DNA of 64,000 nt from contig JASGJH010000001.1 of assembly GCA_047601445.1 (NCBI GenBank), forward strand, positions 1,088,001-1,152,000. The letters run 5' to 3'. The stretch is from Myxococcales bacterium (lineage in GTDB: Bacteria > Myxococcota_A > Polyangia > Polyangiales > DASUME01). A model generated the notes under the pieces. The model saw only the letters and a program-made list of their open reading frames with translations, was not told the DNA's origin and ran no database searches. This document shows, one piece after another, positions 1 to 10,398 of this stretch. Within the stretch, counting starts at the first letter, position 1. Every line of letters starts with the position of its first letter. A program made the position numbers and the translations under genes.

Positions 1-281
1 ACGCCTTCGCCGAAGGAGAAGCCGAAGAGGATTCCCAGTCCGTCGAACCAATGCTGAGCGCGCCAGCCGCCGAGCTCGAACACGGCCGGTGCGGTGCGTA
101 CCAGATCGCCCTTGAGCCACTCGGGAAGCTTGCCTTCGAGCGTGACCGGCAGGCTCGTTTGGTCGCGCCGGGTCCAGCGGAAGGGCGCCCGCGCGAGCCG
201 ACCGGAGAGCGGCGCGGATCCTAGGGTACCGCTCCCGGACTCGGGGTTAATTCCTTGAAATCTCGAGACATTGTCGATCAT
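1..281 (-). CDS. carotenoid cleavage oxygenase (RPE65/CCO family), 5' part; runs off the window edge
   Basis: Manual translation from ATG 281 (AAGGA RBS upstream): MIDNVSRF...LPVTLEGKLPEWLKGDLVRTAPAVFE...HWFDGLGILFGFSF. EGxLPxWLxG and HWFDGxG are N-terminal CCO signatures. Not in the ORF track because it is truncated. Confidence 0.88.
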   Translation of the reverse strand, partial: MIDNVSRFQGINPESGSGTLGSAPLSGRLARAPFRWTRRDQTSLPVTLEGKLPEWLKGDLVRTAPAVFELGGWRAQHWFDGLGILFGFSFGEG

Positions 282-321
282 GGCGCGTTCCTTTGCGAGG
301 GGGCCGAAACCGCAGCCGACC

Positions 322-370
322 ATCTTTCTACCAGAAAGATTGTGCGCTAGAATCTTTCGCGTGTCAAGAT
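322..370. promoter_or_regulatory. two 19-bp inverted-repeat operators (ATCTT-N9-AAGAT), probable TetR sites
   Basis: ATCTTTCT-ACC-AGAAAGAT at 322-340 (perfect 8-bp arms) and ATCTTTCGCGTGTCAAGAT at 352-370, in the divergent gap between the oxygenase and the TetR gene. Confidence 0.75.
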
Positions 371-381
371 GAGTCGAGAGA

Positions 382-1017
382 ATGGCCCGCGCGACCAGCC
401 AACGCCCCGCGAAACATGGCTACCATCACGGAGACTTACGCCGCGCGCTGATCGAGGCGGCTTGGCGTCTGGTACGGAAGGAAGGCGTCGAGGCGCTCAC
501 CCTGCGCGAGGTCGCTCGCAAAGTAGGCGTGACGCACGCGGCGCCTTATCACCACTTCGCGAGCCGCGAAGCGCTGCTCGACGCCTTGGCCGAAGAGGGC
601 TTCGAGGCGCTTGGAAAGGCGATGTCAGGGGCCACACAGGGCATCTCGGATCCCACGGAGCGTTTGTTCGTGCTGGGGCGCGTCTACATCGACGAGGCCA
701 AGGCGCACCCGGAGCGCCTACAGGTGATGTTCCGGCGCCACCCTGGGCCGCCGAGCGAAGAAGACGCGGAGACGCACGGGGCACGGGTGTTCATGCAGCT
801 CTTCGATGCCGTCGTCGCTTGCCAAGAAGCCGGCGTGGCTCCGGAGGGCGACCCCTGGGATCTGGCGCTCGCGGCGTGGAGTCTGGTGCACGGCTTCTCC
901 ACGCTCTGGGTCGCGGGTCCCCTCGAGTCGATGCCGCATTATGCGGAGCGCTTCGAGGTCTTGCGAGACACCACACTGCGCGGACTCGGACAGGCCTGGC
1001 GCGTCGCACGTCGGTAG
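382..1017 (+). CDS. TetR/AcrR family regulator with WHG-type C-terminal domain
   Basis: YHHGDLRRALI N-terminus, HTH LTLREVARKVGVTHAAPYHHF, C-terminal AWSLVHG. Confidence 0.93.
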   Translation: MARATSQRPAKHGYHHGDLRRALIEAAWRLVRKEGVEALTLREVARKVGVTHAAPYHHFASREALLDALAEEGFEALGKAMSGATQGISDPTERLFVLGRVYIDEAKAHPERLQVMFRRHPGPPSEEDAETHGARVFMQLFDAVVACQEAGVAPEGDPWDLALAAWSLVHGFSTLWVAGPLESMPHYAERFEVLRDTTLRGLGQAWRVARR

Positions 1018-1100
1018 GCGGGTCGAAAGAAGAGTGACGCGTTGAGACAAGAGGAGGGCGCGTCGGGGTAGGGGACACGGCGCTCGCCAGACCGCACACT

Positions 1101-1134
1101 GCGGGGTGAGTCGCGGGGTGAGTCGCGGCGCGAG
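1101..1134 (+). repeat. short tandem repeat, 12-bp unit GCGGGGTGAGTC x2 plus a degenerate third copy
   Basis: Read directly in the intergenic gap. Confidence 0.7.
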
Positions 1135-1161
1135 CTGATGCGCGCTTTGTCGGAGGAATAC

Positions 1162-1950
1162 GTGACCGAGCCCAAGCACCTGCTACGCGCCGGAAGCGGT
1201 AGTCCGCTCGTGCTGTTCCACGGCATCACGTGCAGTGGACGCGTTTGGCGGAGTGTGTTGCCCTACCTGGTGGAGCACCACGAGGTCATCATGCCCACCG
1301 CGCTCGGGCATCACGGTGGCGAAACGCCGCGAACCTTTCCCGTGCGCATCCGGGACGTCGTGGACGACGCCGAGCGCACCCTGGATCGCCTCGGACTCGA
1401 CCAGGCCCACCTGGCCGGCAATTCGATGGGCGGTTGGGTGGCGCTCGAGTTGGCACGCCGCGGTCGCGCCCGCACGGTGTGCGCCTTGTCGCCCGCCGGG
1501 GCCTGGGAGGACGTGGCCGAGACCCGCAAGCGGCTCAAGCTTCTGGTGGAGCTCACGCGTCGCACGCGCGGGGTGATCCCGTGGCTCGCGCTCTCCTCGG
1601 GCTTCCGACGGCGAGCCCTGCGCGACAATGCGGTGCACGGGGAGCGCCTGTCGCGCGAGCAGTTCATGGTGTTCATCGAGGATCTCTTGGCTTGCTCGGC
1701 GGCCGATGACCTGTTGGCCACCGGAGAGCGCCTGGATGAGCTGCGGGCGCCATGTCCGATCACGGTGGCGTGGTCGGAGCAGGATCGCATCTTCCCGCTT
1801 CACCGACATCTCCCCATCGCGCGCGCATGCGTGCCAGGGGCGGAGTTCCGGGTGCTGCCCAACGTAGGGCACGTGCCGATGATCGACGATCCGGCGCTCG
1901 TAGCGCGCACGCTGATCGAGGCTGCAGGGGCCCTCTCGCGAGCCGCCTAG
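1162..1950 (+). CDS. alpha/beta fold hydrolase
   Basis: HG oxyanion motif (LFHGI), nucleophile elbow GNSMGG, catalytic His in VGHVP. GTG 1162 follows GGAGG; the ORF track starts at 1138. Confidence 0.9.
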   Translation: MTEPKHLLRAGSGSPLVLFHGITCSGRVWRSVLPYLVEHHEVIMPTALGHHGGETPRTFPVRIRDVVDDAERTLDRLGLDQAHLAGNSMGGWVALELARRGRARTVCALSPAGAWEDVAETRKRLKLLVELTRRTRGVIPWLALSSGFRRRALRDNAVHGERLSREQFMVFIEDLLACSAADDLLATGERLDELRAPCPITVAWSEQDRIFPLHRHLPIARACVPGAEFRVLPNVGHVPMIDDPALVARTLIEAAGALSRAA

Positions 1951-2582
1951 CCGCGTTGGCCTGCGACCAGAATGAGTCGCCCGATCTGCGCCACCGGATG
2001 CGCGTCGGGAAAGCCTGCGCCGTAGAAAGCGTCCAGCTGTTCGGCCTGGCTCATGTGCAGGCAGGTCCAGCGTAGGGAATCGTCCTTGGGGGTGTGATCC
2101 GCCACCGCCAGCAGCCCACCGTCAAGCAGCAAGCTGCGCAGCGTGGCGTAGAGCCCGGGGACATGTCGCTTGTGGCGGATTTCGTGGACGGCCTGCATGG
2201 CGACGATCGCGTCATAGGGACCTGGAAGTGCGCGCGCCCAGTCCGCGGATTTGAAGTTGCCGAGCATGTAGTGCGCGCGGTGGAAGGCGGCGAGTCGCTG
2301 GCGACTGATCTCGAGCATGGTCGGCGAGAAGTCGAGCAAGGTGTAGGAGCCGACATTGGAGCAGTGTTCGAGCACGTGGTGAGCCAACAAGCCCGGGCCA
2401 GCGCCGAGTTCGAGCACGCGTGCTCCTGGCGGTAGGGAGCGCAGCAGGGCCCCGATGGCCTCGCGTATGGAAGTGCGTCCCGGCACGGCTGTTTCGCAGG
2501 CATCCACCCAGGCCTGGGCATGCGCCGGGTCGCGGAAGTCGATCGGACTGGGCACGTCCAGCGTGCCGTCGGTGTATTCCAT
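1947..2582 (-). CDS. class I SAM-dependent methyltransferase
   Basis: Motif I VLELGAGPG, LLDFSPTML, YDAIVAMQAVH. Confidence 0.9.
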   Translation of the reverse strand: MEYTDGTLDVPSPIDFRDPAHAQAWVDACETAVPGRTSIREAIGALLRSLPPGARVLELGAGPGLLAHHVLEHCSNVGSYTLLDFSPTMLEISRQRLAAFHRAHYMLGNFKSADWARALPGPYDAIVAMQAVHEIRHKRHVPGLYATLRSLLLDGGLLAVADHTPKDDSLRWTCLHMSQAEQLDAFYGAGFPDAHPVAQIGRLILVAGQRG

Positions 2583-2668
2583 GTTGCGACCTCAGAGTAA
2601 GCAGGTGTCGAGCGGTCGTTACGGGCTGCTTGCGGGGGGATTGGGGTGAACGCCTATACTCGTCGTCG

Positions 2669-3414
2669 ATGGGCGTCATTCTGTTCATCCTGGCATCGGC
2701 CGTTGTCGGGATTCGCTTGCTGCTCTTGCATCGGAGCCTGCGCCAGCCGCCGGAGCTCTTCTTGGGGCTCGGCTATCTGTGGGCGGGCACGATCGGCTTC
2801 GGAGCCCTGCTGGTGGGCATGCTCAACACGCCGAAGGGACAGGCCGTGCCCGAGGCTTACGGCGCGTTCTCCGTGCTCGCTGGGGATATCGGGACGCTCT
2901 TCTTCTATCTCTTCGTCTGGTACGTCTTCCGCCGCGACAACTGGCTGGCCAAGGGCGGAATCAGCCTCGCGCTGGTGATCATGGTCACGTCGCTGGTGCG
3001 CGACACGTGGTTGGCAGGCGTGACCTTCGGGGCGCCCCCTGGCAGCTTGACCACGCTGGCGGCTGCGGGGATCCGCGGCGCCGTCTTCGCGTGGATGGCC
3101 TGCGAGGCCTTCGGTGGGTACCTGGCATTTCGGAAGCGCGCTCGCATCGGTTTGGGCAATCCCATGGTCGCCAATCGCCTGCTGCTTTGGGGACTCTCGG
3201 CGGTGCCGAGCCTCGGCGTCTCCGTGGTCGCGATCGGCCTCTATGTGACCGCTGCGGACCGCGCCGAGGTCGCCGCACGTCAGAACGCGGCCGGCGGCGT
3301 GTACGGGGTGCTCGCGGCGCTTGCCGCTACGACCCTCTGGCTCGCGTTTTCCCTCCTCGGTCCTACCAAGCATGGATCGAGCGAGGCGCCGACGCGGAGT
3401 CCAGCCATGGCTGA
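2669..3414 (+). CDS. polytopic (about 7 TM) membrane protein with an apparent -1 indel at ~3347-3350
   Basis: Hydrophobic helices from MGVILFILAS onward. Adding one T to the T4 run at 3347-3350 gives ...LWLAFFPPRSYQAWIERGADAESSHG-stop(3414), which overlaps the next ATG. Confidence 0.7.
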
Positions 3415-3736
3415 TTCGGACGCGTTCGTCGTGGTGGCGCAGGTGCTCGAACGCGCCACCAACCTCAACGAGCTGCAATCGCGTGGCCTGGTGCGGCGTC
3501 TGCTGAAGGAGGCCGGCTTGTCCTCCGATGAGGTGTCGTCGCTGCAGCTCGCTGCCGTGGGCCGCAACCTGCTCGCTCCTGCCCTGCAGAAACAGGGCGT
3601 GTCCGACGTGGAGGGCGTGCGTGGGCAGTGGATGGACGCGTGCGCACGGCTCGACGGCATGGCCCGTCAGGCTCCGCGTACCAACGTGAGTAACACCGTG
3701 GAGGAGGTGTTCGCTCGCATGGGGCTGCGGCGCTGA
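3407..3736 (+). CDS. small soluble helical hypothetical protein (109 aa)
   Basis: Own RBS (GGAG 3396-3399) and ATG 3407 in an ATGGCTGA overlap with the repaired upstream stop. Sequence MADSDAF...LQSRGLVRRLLKEAGL...VEEVFARMG. Confidence 0.72.
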   Translation: MADSDAFVVVAQVLERATNLNELQSRGLVRRLLKEAGLSSDEVSSLQLAAVGRNLLAPALQKQGVSDVEGVRGQWMDACARLDGMARQAPRTNVSNTVEEVFARMGLRR

Positions 3737-3784
3737 GGCCGACCGCGCGCTCGGCTGCAGCGCCGCGCGTGCTAAGGCTCGCGT

Positions 3785-4165
3785 ATGTCCGAGTCGCCCC
3801 CGAGCTCCGCCGCGCCTGGTCTCCACCGCGCGCGTTTCTGGGGCGCGGCCATCGCAGTGTCGCTCGCCGCCGCCGCGGGGGCACTGCCAGCGCTCGCGGA
3901 CGTCGTGAACACCAGCCTGGACGGTACGGGACTCCACCACGCTCGCGCCATGCAGGTGGCGACACGTGACCTGGCGCTAGTGTTCGGTGCGCTGACCGCG
4001 TCCCTCGCCAGAGCGCGCGGCGGCGTGCTTACACTCGGACTGACGCTCTCGGTGGTGCAAGGCTGTGATGCAGGCCTCGCAGGCACGACGGGGATGCGCC
4101 TCTTTGCCGGGGCTCTCGCTGCGCTCACGCTCGTCGCCAGCCTCCTGTTGTGGCGCAAACCGTAG
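3785..4165 (+). CDS. small membrane protein (DUF4267-like)
   Basis: 126 aa, about 4 hydrophobic segments, RDLAL and QxxDA motifs. Confidence 0.55.
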   Translation: MSESPPSSAAPGLHRARFWGAAIAVSLAAAAGALPALADVVNTSLDGTGLHHARAMQVATRDLALVFGALTASLARARGGVLTLGLTLSVVQGCDAGLAGTTGMRLFAGALAALTLVASLLLWRKP

Positions 4166-4328
4166 CGCTCGAAGCGCCACGCTTGGCCCAGCGCCGGTGA
4201 GCGCGCGCTCCCGCACAACGGACGGCTCGTCCGCCGCTCACCGGCGCGCCCGTGTGCGCGGGGATTCGCGAGCGAAGTCGCGGCGGCGGCGGTAGCTTGT
4301 CCATTTGTCCGCGGATCGAAGGGCAAAG

Positions 4329-7300
4329 ATGCGTTCTGACTTGAAGCTCCACCACCAGGTCCATCATGGATCGCGCTCGAGAGTGTGGCTCGCCACACGC
4401 GTTCCGACGGGCGAGCCGGTGATCGTCAAGGAGCACCTCGCGAGCCCGAGCGCATCCGTCGCCGCCGCGCGCACGCAGCACGAGTTTCGCATGGGTTCGG
4501 CCATCGACTCCGCGCACGTGGTGCACTACTTGGGGCTCGAACAAGACCGCAATCGCGTCGCGCTGTTGGAAGAGGCGGCGGGTGACAAGACACTGGCGGA
4601 GCTCGCCGCACGCGGGCTCGACGTGGAACTCGCGTTGCGGCTCTGCGTGCAGGTGAGTCGCGGGCTCGACGACATCCACATCCATCAAATCATCCACCGC
4701 GCGATCCATCCTTCCAACGTGGTGGTGGACGAACGCACGTGGGTCGCCAAGATCGTCGACTTTTCGGCGGCGTCCTTCGCGCGCAAGGGCACGACGACCG
4801 AGCCCGAGCTCGACCAGCTCGGGATGCCGCTCGCCTACGCTTCTCCCGAGCAGATCGGTCGCACGAACCGCGAGGTCGACTATCGGAGCGACCTGTATTC
4901 CTTGGGCGCCACGCTCTACGAGCTGTTTGCCGGACACCCACCGTTCGAGACCGATGACCCGCTGGCGCTGGCCCATGCCCACATGGCGCTGCTGCCGACG
5001 CCGCTCTGGGAGGCTGCGCCGCGCGTGCCGAAGCAAATCTCGCGCATCGTGGAGCGCTTGCTCGCGAAGAGTCCGGACGAGCGCTACCAGAGCGCCCGCG
5101 GGGTCGCGGAGGACCTGGACGAGTGCTTGCGACAACTGCGCGGTGTCGGCTCGGTGAGCACCTTCACGCTCGGCAGTTCGGACCGCCTGCAGCGCTTCGA
5201 GATCCCCGCCAAGCTCTACGGACGCAGCCGCGAACGCGCCCAGCTGCTCGACGCCTTCGGCGAGGCAGCAGCGGGGCACAGGCTGGTGCTCACTGTGGCC
5301 GGTTACTCGGGGATCGGAAAGTCGTCCCTGGTCAACGAGCTCGCCAAGAAGGTGGTGGAGCGGGGCGGCACGTTCGTCGCCGGCAAGTTCGACCAGCTCC
5401 ACCGGCACGCGCCCTATTCCGCGCTGTCTCAGGCGCTCAATCAGGCCTGCCGCCAGCTGCTCGGCTTGCCCGAAGCGGAGCTTCAGGTGTGGCGGCAACG
5501 TATCGTGGAGCACCTGGCTGGCAACGCAGGCCTGATCGCGGACCTGGCGCCGGACCTGGAACGCGTGATCGGGCGGCAGCCTCCGGTGCCGGCGGCCGGG
5601 CCACTCGAGGGGCCGCAGCGCTTCAGCCTGACGCTGGCGCGCTTCTTCGAGTTGTTCGCGTGCGAGGGAGCCCCGCTGGTCCTGTTTCTCGATGACCTGC
5701 AGTGGGGCGACCCAGCGACGTTCGAGGCGCTGTCGATGCTCCTGCGTCTGGAGGAGCCTGCCCACTTTCTGATGATCGGGTCCTATCGCGACAACGAGGT
5801 GAACCCGGAGCACCCGTTGTCGGTGGCCTTGGAGAATCTGCGTGGCAGCGGCGTCGAGCTACGCGCGCTGCAGTTGGGGGGCTTACAGCACGAAGACGTC
5901 AAGCTGCTCCTACAGGACACGTTGCATCGCGCGGACGCCGAAGTGGACGAGCTGGCCTGCCTCATCCTCGAGAAGACCTCGGGCAACCCGTTCTTCGTGG
6001 ACGAGTTCCTGCGCACGCTGCACGCCGAGCGCCTACTGCGCTTTCTGCCGCAAGAACAGCGCTGGAGCTGGGACCTGGAGGAGATCCGGGCGCTACAGAT
6101 CACCGAGAACGTGGTCGACCTGATGGTGCGCAACCTCGAGCGCCAGCCGAGGGCCACTCAAGACGCGCTGCGCCTCGGCGCGAGCCTGGGCAGTCGCTTC
6201 GACTTGGGGCTGATCGCCGACGCGGCGGGCGTCTCGTCGAGCGAGATGCTGCGCCGGTTGGCCCCCGCGATTCGAGAGCGGCTCATCTTGCCCGTGGGGC
6301 GACAGACCGTGGCCGGCAGTGCGCCGAGCGCGGCAGGCGGCAGGGGTGCGAGCGAAAGTGCCTCCGAGCTAGATGACTACGACTACCGCTTTCTGCACGA
6401 CCGGGTGCAGAAAGCGGTCTACGAGAGCATCCCGCAGGCCGCACGCCCGAGCCTCCACCTGGCTCTGGGCCGCTGCTTGCGCCGCGAGCGCCGCGACCAG
6501 ACCCGAGGCAGTTGGACGTTCGACGTGCTCGATCAGCTCAACCGCGCCACGTCCCTGATCGCGAGCCCGGAGGAGCGACGGGAACTCGCCAGGCTCAACC
6601 TCGAGGCGGGTAAGCGCGCGCGCGGCACCACCGCCTACCGCGAGGGACTGCGCTACTTCACGTTCGGCATCGCGGCGTTGCAAGGCGAAGGCTGGCGAGA
6701 CCACTACAAGTTGTGCGCGGCGCTTCAGCTGGGCGCCGTGGAGTGCGCGTACCTTGCCGGGCGCTTCGAAGAGGCCGATGCACGCTCCACTGAGGTCTTG
6801 CCCAAGCTCTCCACGCCGGGGGAGAAGGGCGAGCTGTACGCGCTGCGTATCCGCATCGAGACCAGCCGTGGGCGCTACGAGCGCGCGCTGGCGTTGGCCA
6901 GGGAGGGCCTCGCCCTGCTTGGGCATCCGGTGCCGTCCATGCGCTCGCTGCTGCCGCTCCTGGCCCTGCGCCTGCGTCTGCGCTGGACCATGGCTGGCCG
7001 CAAGATCGAGGACTTGGCGCGCGAAAAAGAGGCCAGCGACCCCGGGCTCCTGGCGCCCCGCAAGATCCTCAACGCGCTGATGGCGGCGGGCCTGTTCGTC
7101 GGCCCCCATCTGTTCTTCTGGGCGGCCCACAAGCAAATCCTCTGGGCGGTCGAGCAAGGCGTCAGCCCGGAGACCGCCGATGGCTGTGCCCACTACGGGA
7201 TGCTGCTGGTCTCCCACGATCGAGACTACGCCCAGGCGAGGCAGTACGGAGAGTTGTCGCTCAAGCTCTGCGAGCGCTTCCACGCCGCGGGCTTCAGTTG

Positions 7301-10300
7301 CCGGTTGTACTTGCTGGTGGGTGGCTTTTTGAAGCCGCACTCGCGTTATCACGTGCGCAGCTCGTTGCCGTATCTGGACCGCGCCGTGCACGCCGGGATG
7401 GCGAGCGGCGACCTGCTGTACGCCTGCTACGCGCTGACCACTTCTCCCATGCTGAGCTCGATGGCAGGGGATTCGATCGACCATGTGCTGCAGCGGATTG
7501 ATCGCGCCGAGCGCTCCACTGCGGCCTTCCGCTACGACGAGCTGAACTTGGTCGTGCGCACGATGCGTCAGTGCATGCTGTTGATCCAGGGCAAGACGGA
7601 GAGCACCACCAGCTTGTCCAGCGCGGGCGTATCGGAGTCGACTCTGGCGGACGCCGCCCATCAGAATCCCGGCTTCGAGCGCTTACTTCGGATGGAAGAT
7701 CATGGCCCTCGCCTTGGTGGGGGAGACTGCCGCGGCGGCCCGCCTGATTCTCGCCGAAGATCACGTGGTGGAGGCGGGGCTACCAGCCCACGTGATCCTG
7801 GCCTCACACGCGTTCTACGTGGCCTTCGTGATGGCCGGGGTACTGGGTGATCCGGCCTTCGACCAGGAGCAGGTGGAGCGGCTGCTGGCACAGAAACTGA
7901 AACGGCTGGCGGGCTTGGCCCGCAGTGCGCCCGTGAACTTCTTGCACATGGACCTTCTGGCGCGGGCCCGGCTGGCGCTCGTGCGAGGTCGCCACGAGGA
8001 GGCGCTCGCGCTGTGCCAGGACGGCATCCGCGAGGCCACCTTGAACGGCTTCCTGCAGCACGTGGCCCTCGGTTCGGAGCTGGCCGGCCGCATCTTGACG
8101 GCGGCGCGCAATGTCCAGGTCGCGCGGCGACATTTCGAGGCCGCCCGGGATGCCTATGCACACCTGGGCGCGGAGACCAAGGTGCGAGCCCTCGAGCGCG
8201 AGTTCGACTTCGAGCCCCTGCAACGCTCGCACGATTCGGTCGCACCCACGTCGATCGACATGCTGAGCGCGGTGCGCGCTTCCCAGGCGCTCTCCTCCGA
8301 GACCTCGCCGCAGGCCCTCCTCGAACATCTACTGCGTGTGATGGTGCAGGCCTCGGGGGCTCAGCGCGCCAGCCTGTTGGTCGAGCGCGACGGGGGCTAC
8401 CACATCGAGGGACATCTCGACTCGGAGGCGGGCGAGCTCCGCATCGCGTCCAATGGCACCGCCGTCGAGCCCGCTGTGGTCTCGGAGACCATCGTCCGCT
8501 ACGTGCTGCGCACCGGCGAAGAAGTCCTGCTCGGCGACGCCCGGCGCTCGGGGGCATTCACGCGGGACCCCTATGTGCTCCGGCACGCGTCGAAGTCCAT
8601 CTTGTGCATGGCCGTGCGCCACCGCGACCGCGTTTCGGGCGTGCTCTTCCTCGAGAACGACCTGTCGAGCGACGCCTTCACGCCCAACCGCATGGAGCTC
8701 CTGCGCCTGCTCGTGGCCCAGGCCGCCATCTCTTTCGAGAACGCACGACTGTTCGACTCCACGCAAAAGCTCAACCTGGAGCTTCGCTCCAGCGAGGCCT
8801 TGTTGCGCGACTTCTTCGACGGCATGCCGGTGGGTGTGTACGTGGTGGACAACCAGGGCAAGGCCGTGTTCGCGAACCGTCGGGCGACTGAAATCTCGGG
8901 CTTCGAGTTCGAGTCGACCGCGACCATCTGGGACCTTGCGCAGCGCTACCAGCTCTTCGTGTCCGGCACCGACACGCCATACCCGGTGGCTGGCGGACCA
9001 CTCGTGCGAGCGCTGCAGGGCGAGAGTTCCATGATCGACGACGCGGAGATCAAGAACGGCGAACGCCGAATTCCCATCGCTGCCTGGGGCACCCCCATCC
9101 GCAACGCCGACGGTCAGGTACGCTACGCCCTGGTGGCTTTTCAGGACATCAGCTTTCAGCGCGAGGCCGAGGCGGAGCGAGTCCGGCTCGAGGCCCAGCT
9201 CCACCAGAAGGAACGCCTCGAGTCGATTGGACGTCTCGCCGGCGGTGTCGCCCACGACTTCAACAATCTGCTGACGCCGATGCTCTTGTACACCGAGATG
9301 GCGAGGCAAAACCTGCCGCCGGGCTCGCCCGTGCACAAGCAGATCAGCGAGGTCCACCACGCCGCGGAGCGCGCGGCCGAGCTCACCAAGCAGCTCCTCG
9401 CGTTCGGTCGCAGGCAGATGCTCGAGCGCAAGATCGTGAACCTCAACGACGAGATCCAGCGCTTCGGCAGCATCGTGCGTCGCCTGGTGCGCGAGGACAT
9501 CGAGATCCGCATGCAGCTCGGCACCGAGCTCGATCTCGTCCGCGCCGATCCCTCCGAGATGCAACGGGTGCTGATGAATCTCGCGCTCAACGCGGCCGAC
9601 GCTATGCCGCAAGGCGGCTGCCTCACCTTCGAGACCGAGAACGTGACCTGGGGCGAACGGGACAACGCACGCTCCGCCGGGGAAACGCCGCTCTCTGGGG
9701 CCTGTGTGGTCCTGCGGGTGAGCGATACGGGCCACGGCATGGAGCAGGAGACGCTCGAAAAGGCCTTCGATCCCTTCTTCACGACCAAGCCTTTCGGGCA
9801 CGGGTCCGGCCTCGGCCTGCCGACGGTCTACGGCATCGTGACGCAACACGGCGGGCGCATGGCCGTCCGCAGCGCACCGGACCACGGGACCACCTTCGAG
9901 GTGTTCCTGCCGGCCTCGCGCGAGCCCTCGCCCGACGCCAAAGCGCCCGAAGAGGGTCCGCGCGCCAGTGTGCTGCGCGGCGCGGGGGAGACCATCCTGG
10001 TGGTGGAGGACGAAGACGCGGTGCGCGAGGTGGTGCGCGACGTCTTGGAGCGCCAGGGATATCGGGTAGCCTCCGCCAGCAACCCCGCCGAGGCCATCGT
10101 GATCGCCCACGACCTCGGGGCGAAGCTCGACCTGTTGGTAAGCGACATCGTGATGCCCGGGATGAACGGCCGTCAGCTGTTCGCGGTGCTCGCGGCGGAG
10201 AACCCGAGCCTGCGTGCGCTGTTCATCTCGGGCTACTCCGACGAGGTGCGGCAAGTGAGACCGGACGAAGCGGGGCCCCCGCTGCTGCGCAAGCCCTTCA

Positions 10301-10365
10301 CCAGCAAGGCTCTGGGCGCCAAGGTGCGCGCGCTGTTGACCAAGGAGAAGGAGAAAGAGAGCTGA
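4329..10365 (+). CDS. giant hybrid sensor: Ser/Thr kinase-like + AAA/STAND ATPase + helical region + GAF + PAS + HisKA/HATPase + receiver; split by a +1 indel at ~7668-7670
   Basis: Kinase subdomains (VIVK, YASPEQ, RSDLYSLG), Walker A GYSGIGKS, Walker B LFLDDLQW, GNPFF, FLHDRVQ, GAF LFLEN, H-box AHDFNNLL, NAADAM, FDPFFTTK, GSGLGL, REC VVEDE/SDIVMP/KPF. The two ORFs (4305-7850 and 7702-10365) join if one C is removed from CCC 7668-7670 (NPASSAYFGWKIMALAL). Confidence 0.9.
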
Positions 10366-10369
10366 GCAC

Positions 10370-10387
10370 GCCCCCGAGGAGGGGGGC
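10370..10387. terminator. possible hairpin between convergent genes
   Basis: GCCCCC-N6-GGGGGC in a 33-bp convergent gap; no U-tract. Confidence 0.3.
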
Positions 10388-10398
10388 AGCCCGGGGCC

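Noticed and set aside
2420..3736. Apparent 438-aa fusion of a membrane domain and a soluble domain
   Set aside because: The N-terminal extension overlaps the methyltransferase, and the fusion disappears with a one-base repair that restores a stop/start overlap and an internal RBS.
7660..7710. Programmed ribosomal frameshift in the kinase
   Set aside because: No slippery heptamer or obvious stimulatory structure; it matches the pattern of the other homopolymer indels.
4125..10254. Long minus-strand ORFs (4125-5813, 6369-7661, 8329-10254) opposite the kinase
   Set aside because: Shadow frames of a well-supported plus-strand gene; no recognisable domains.
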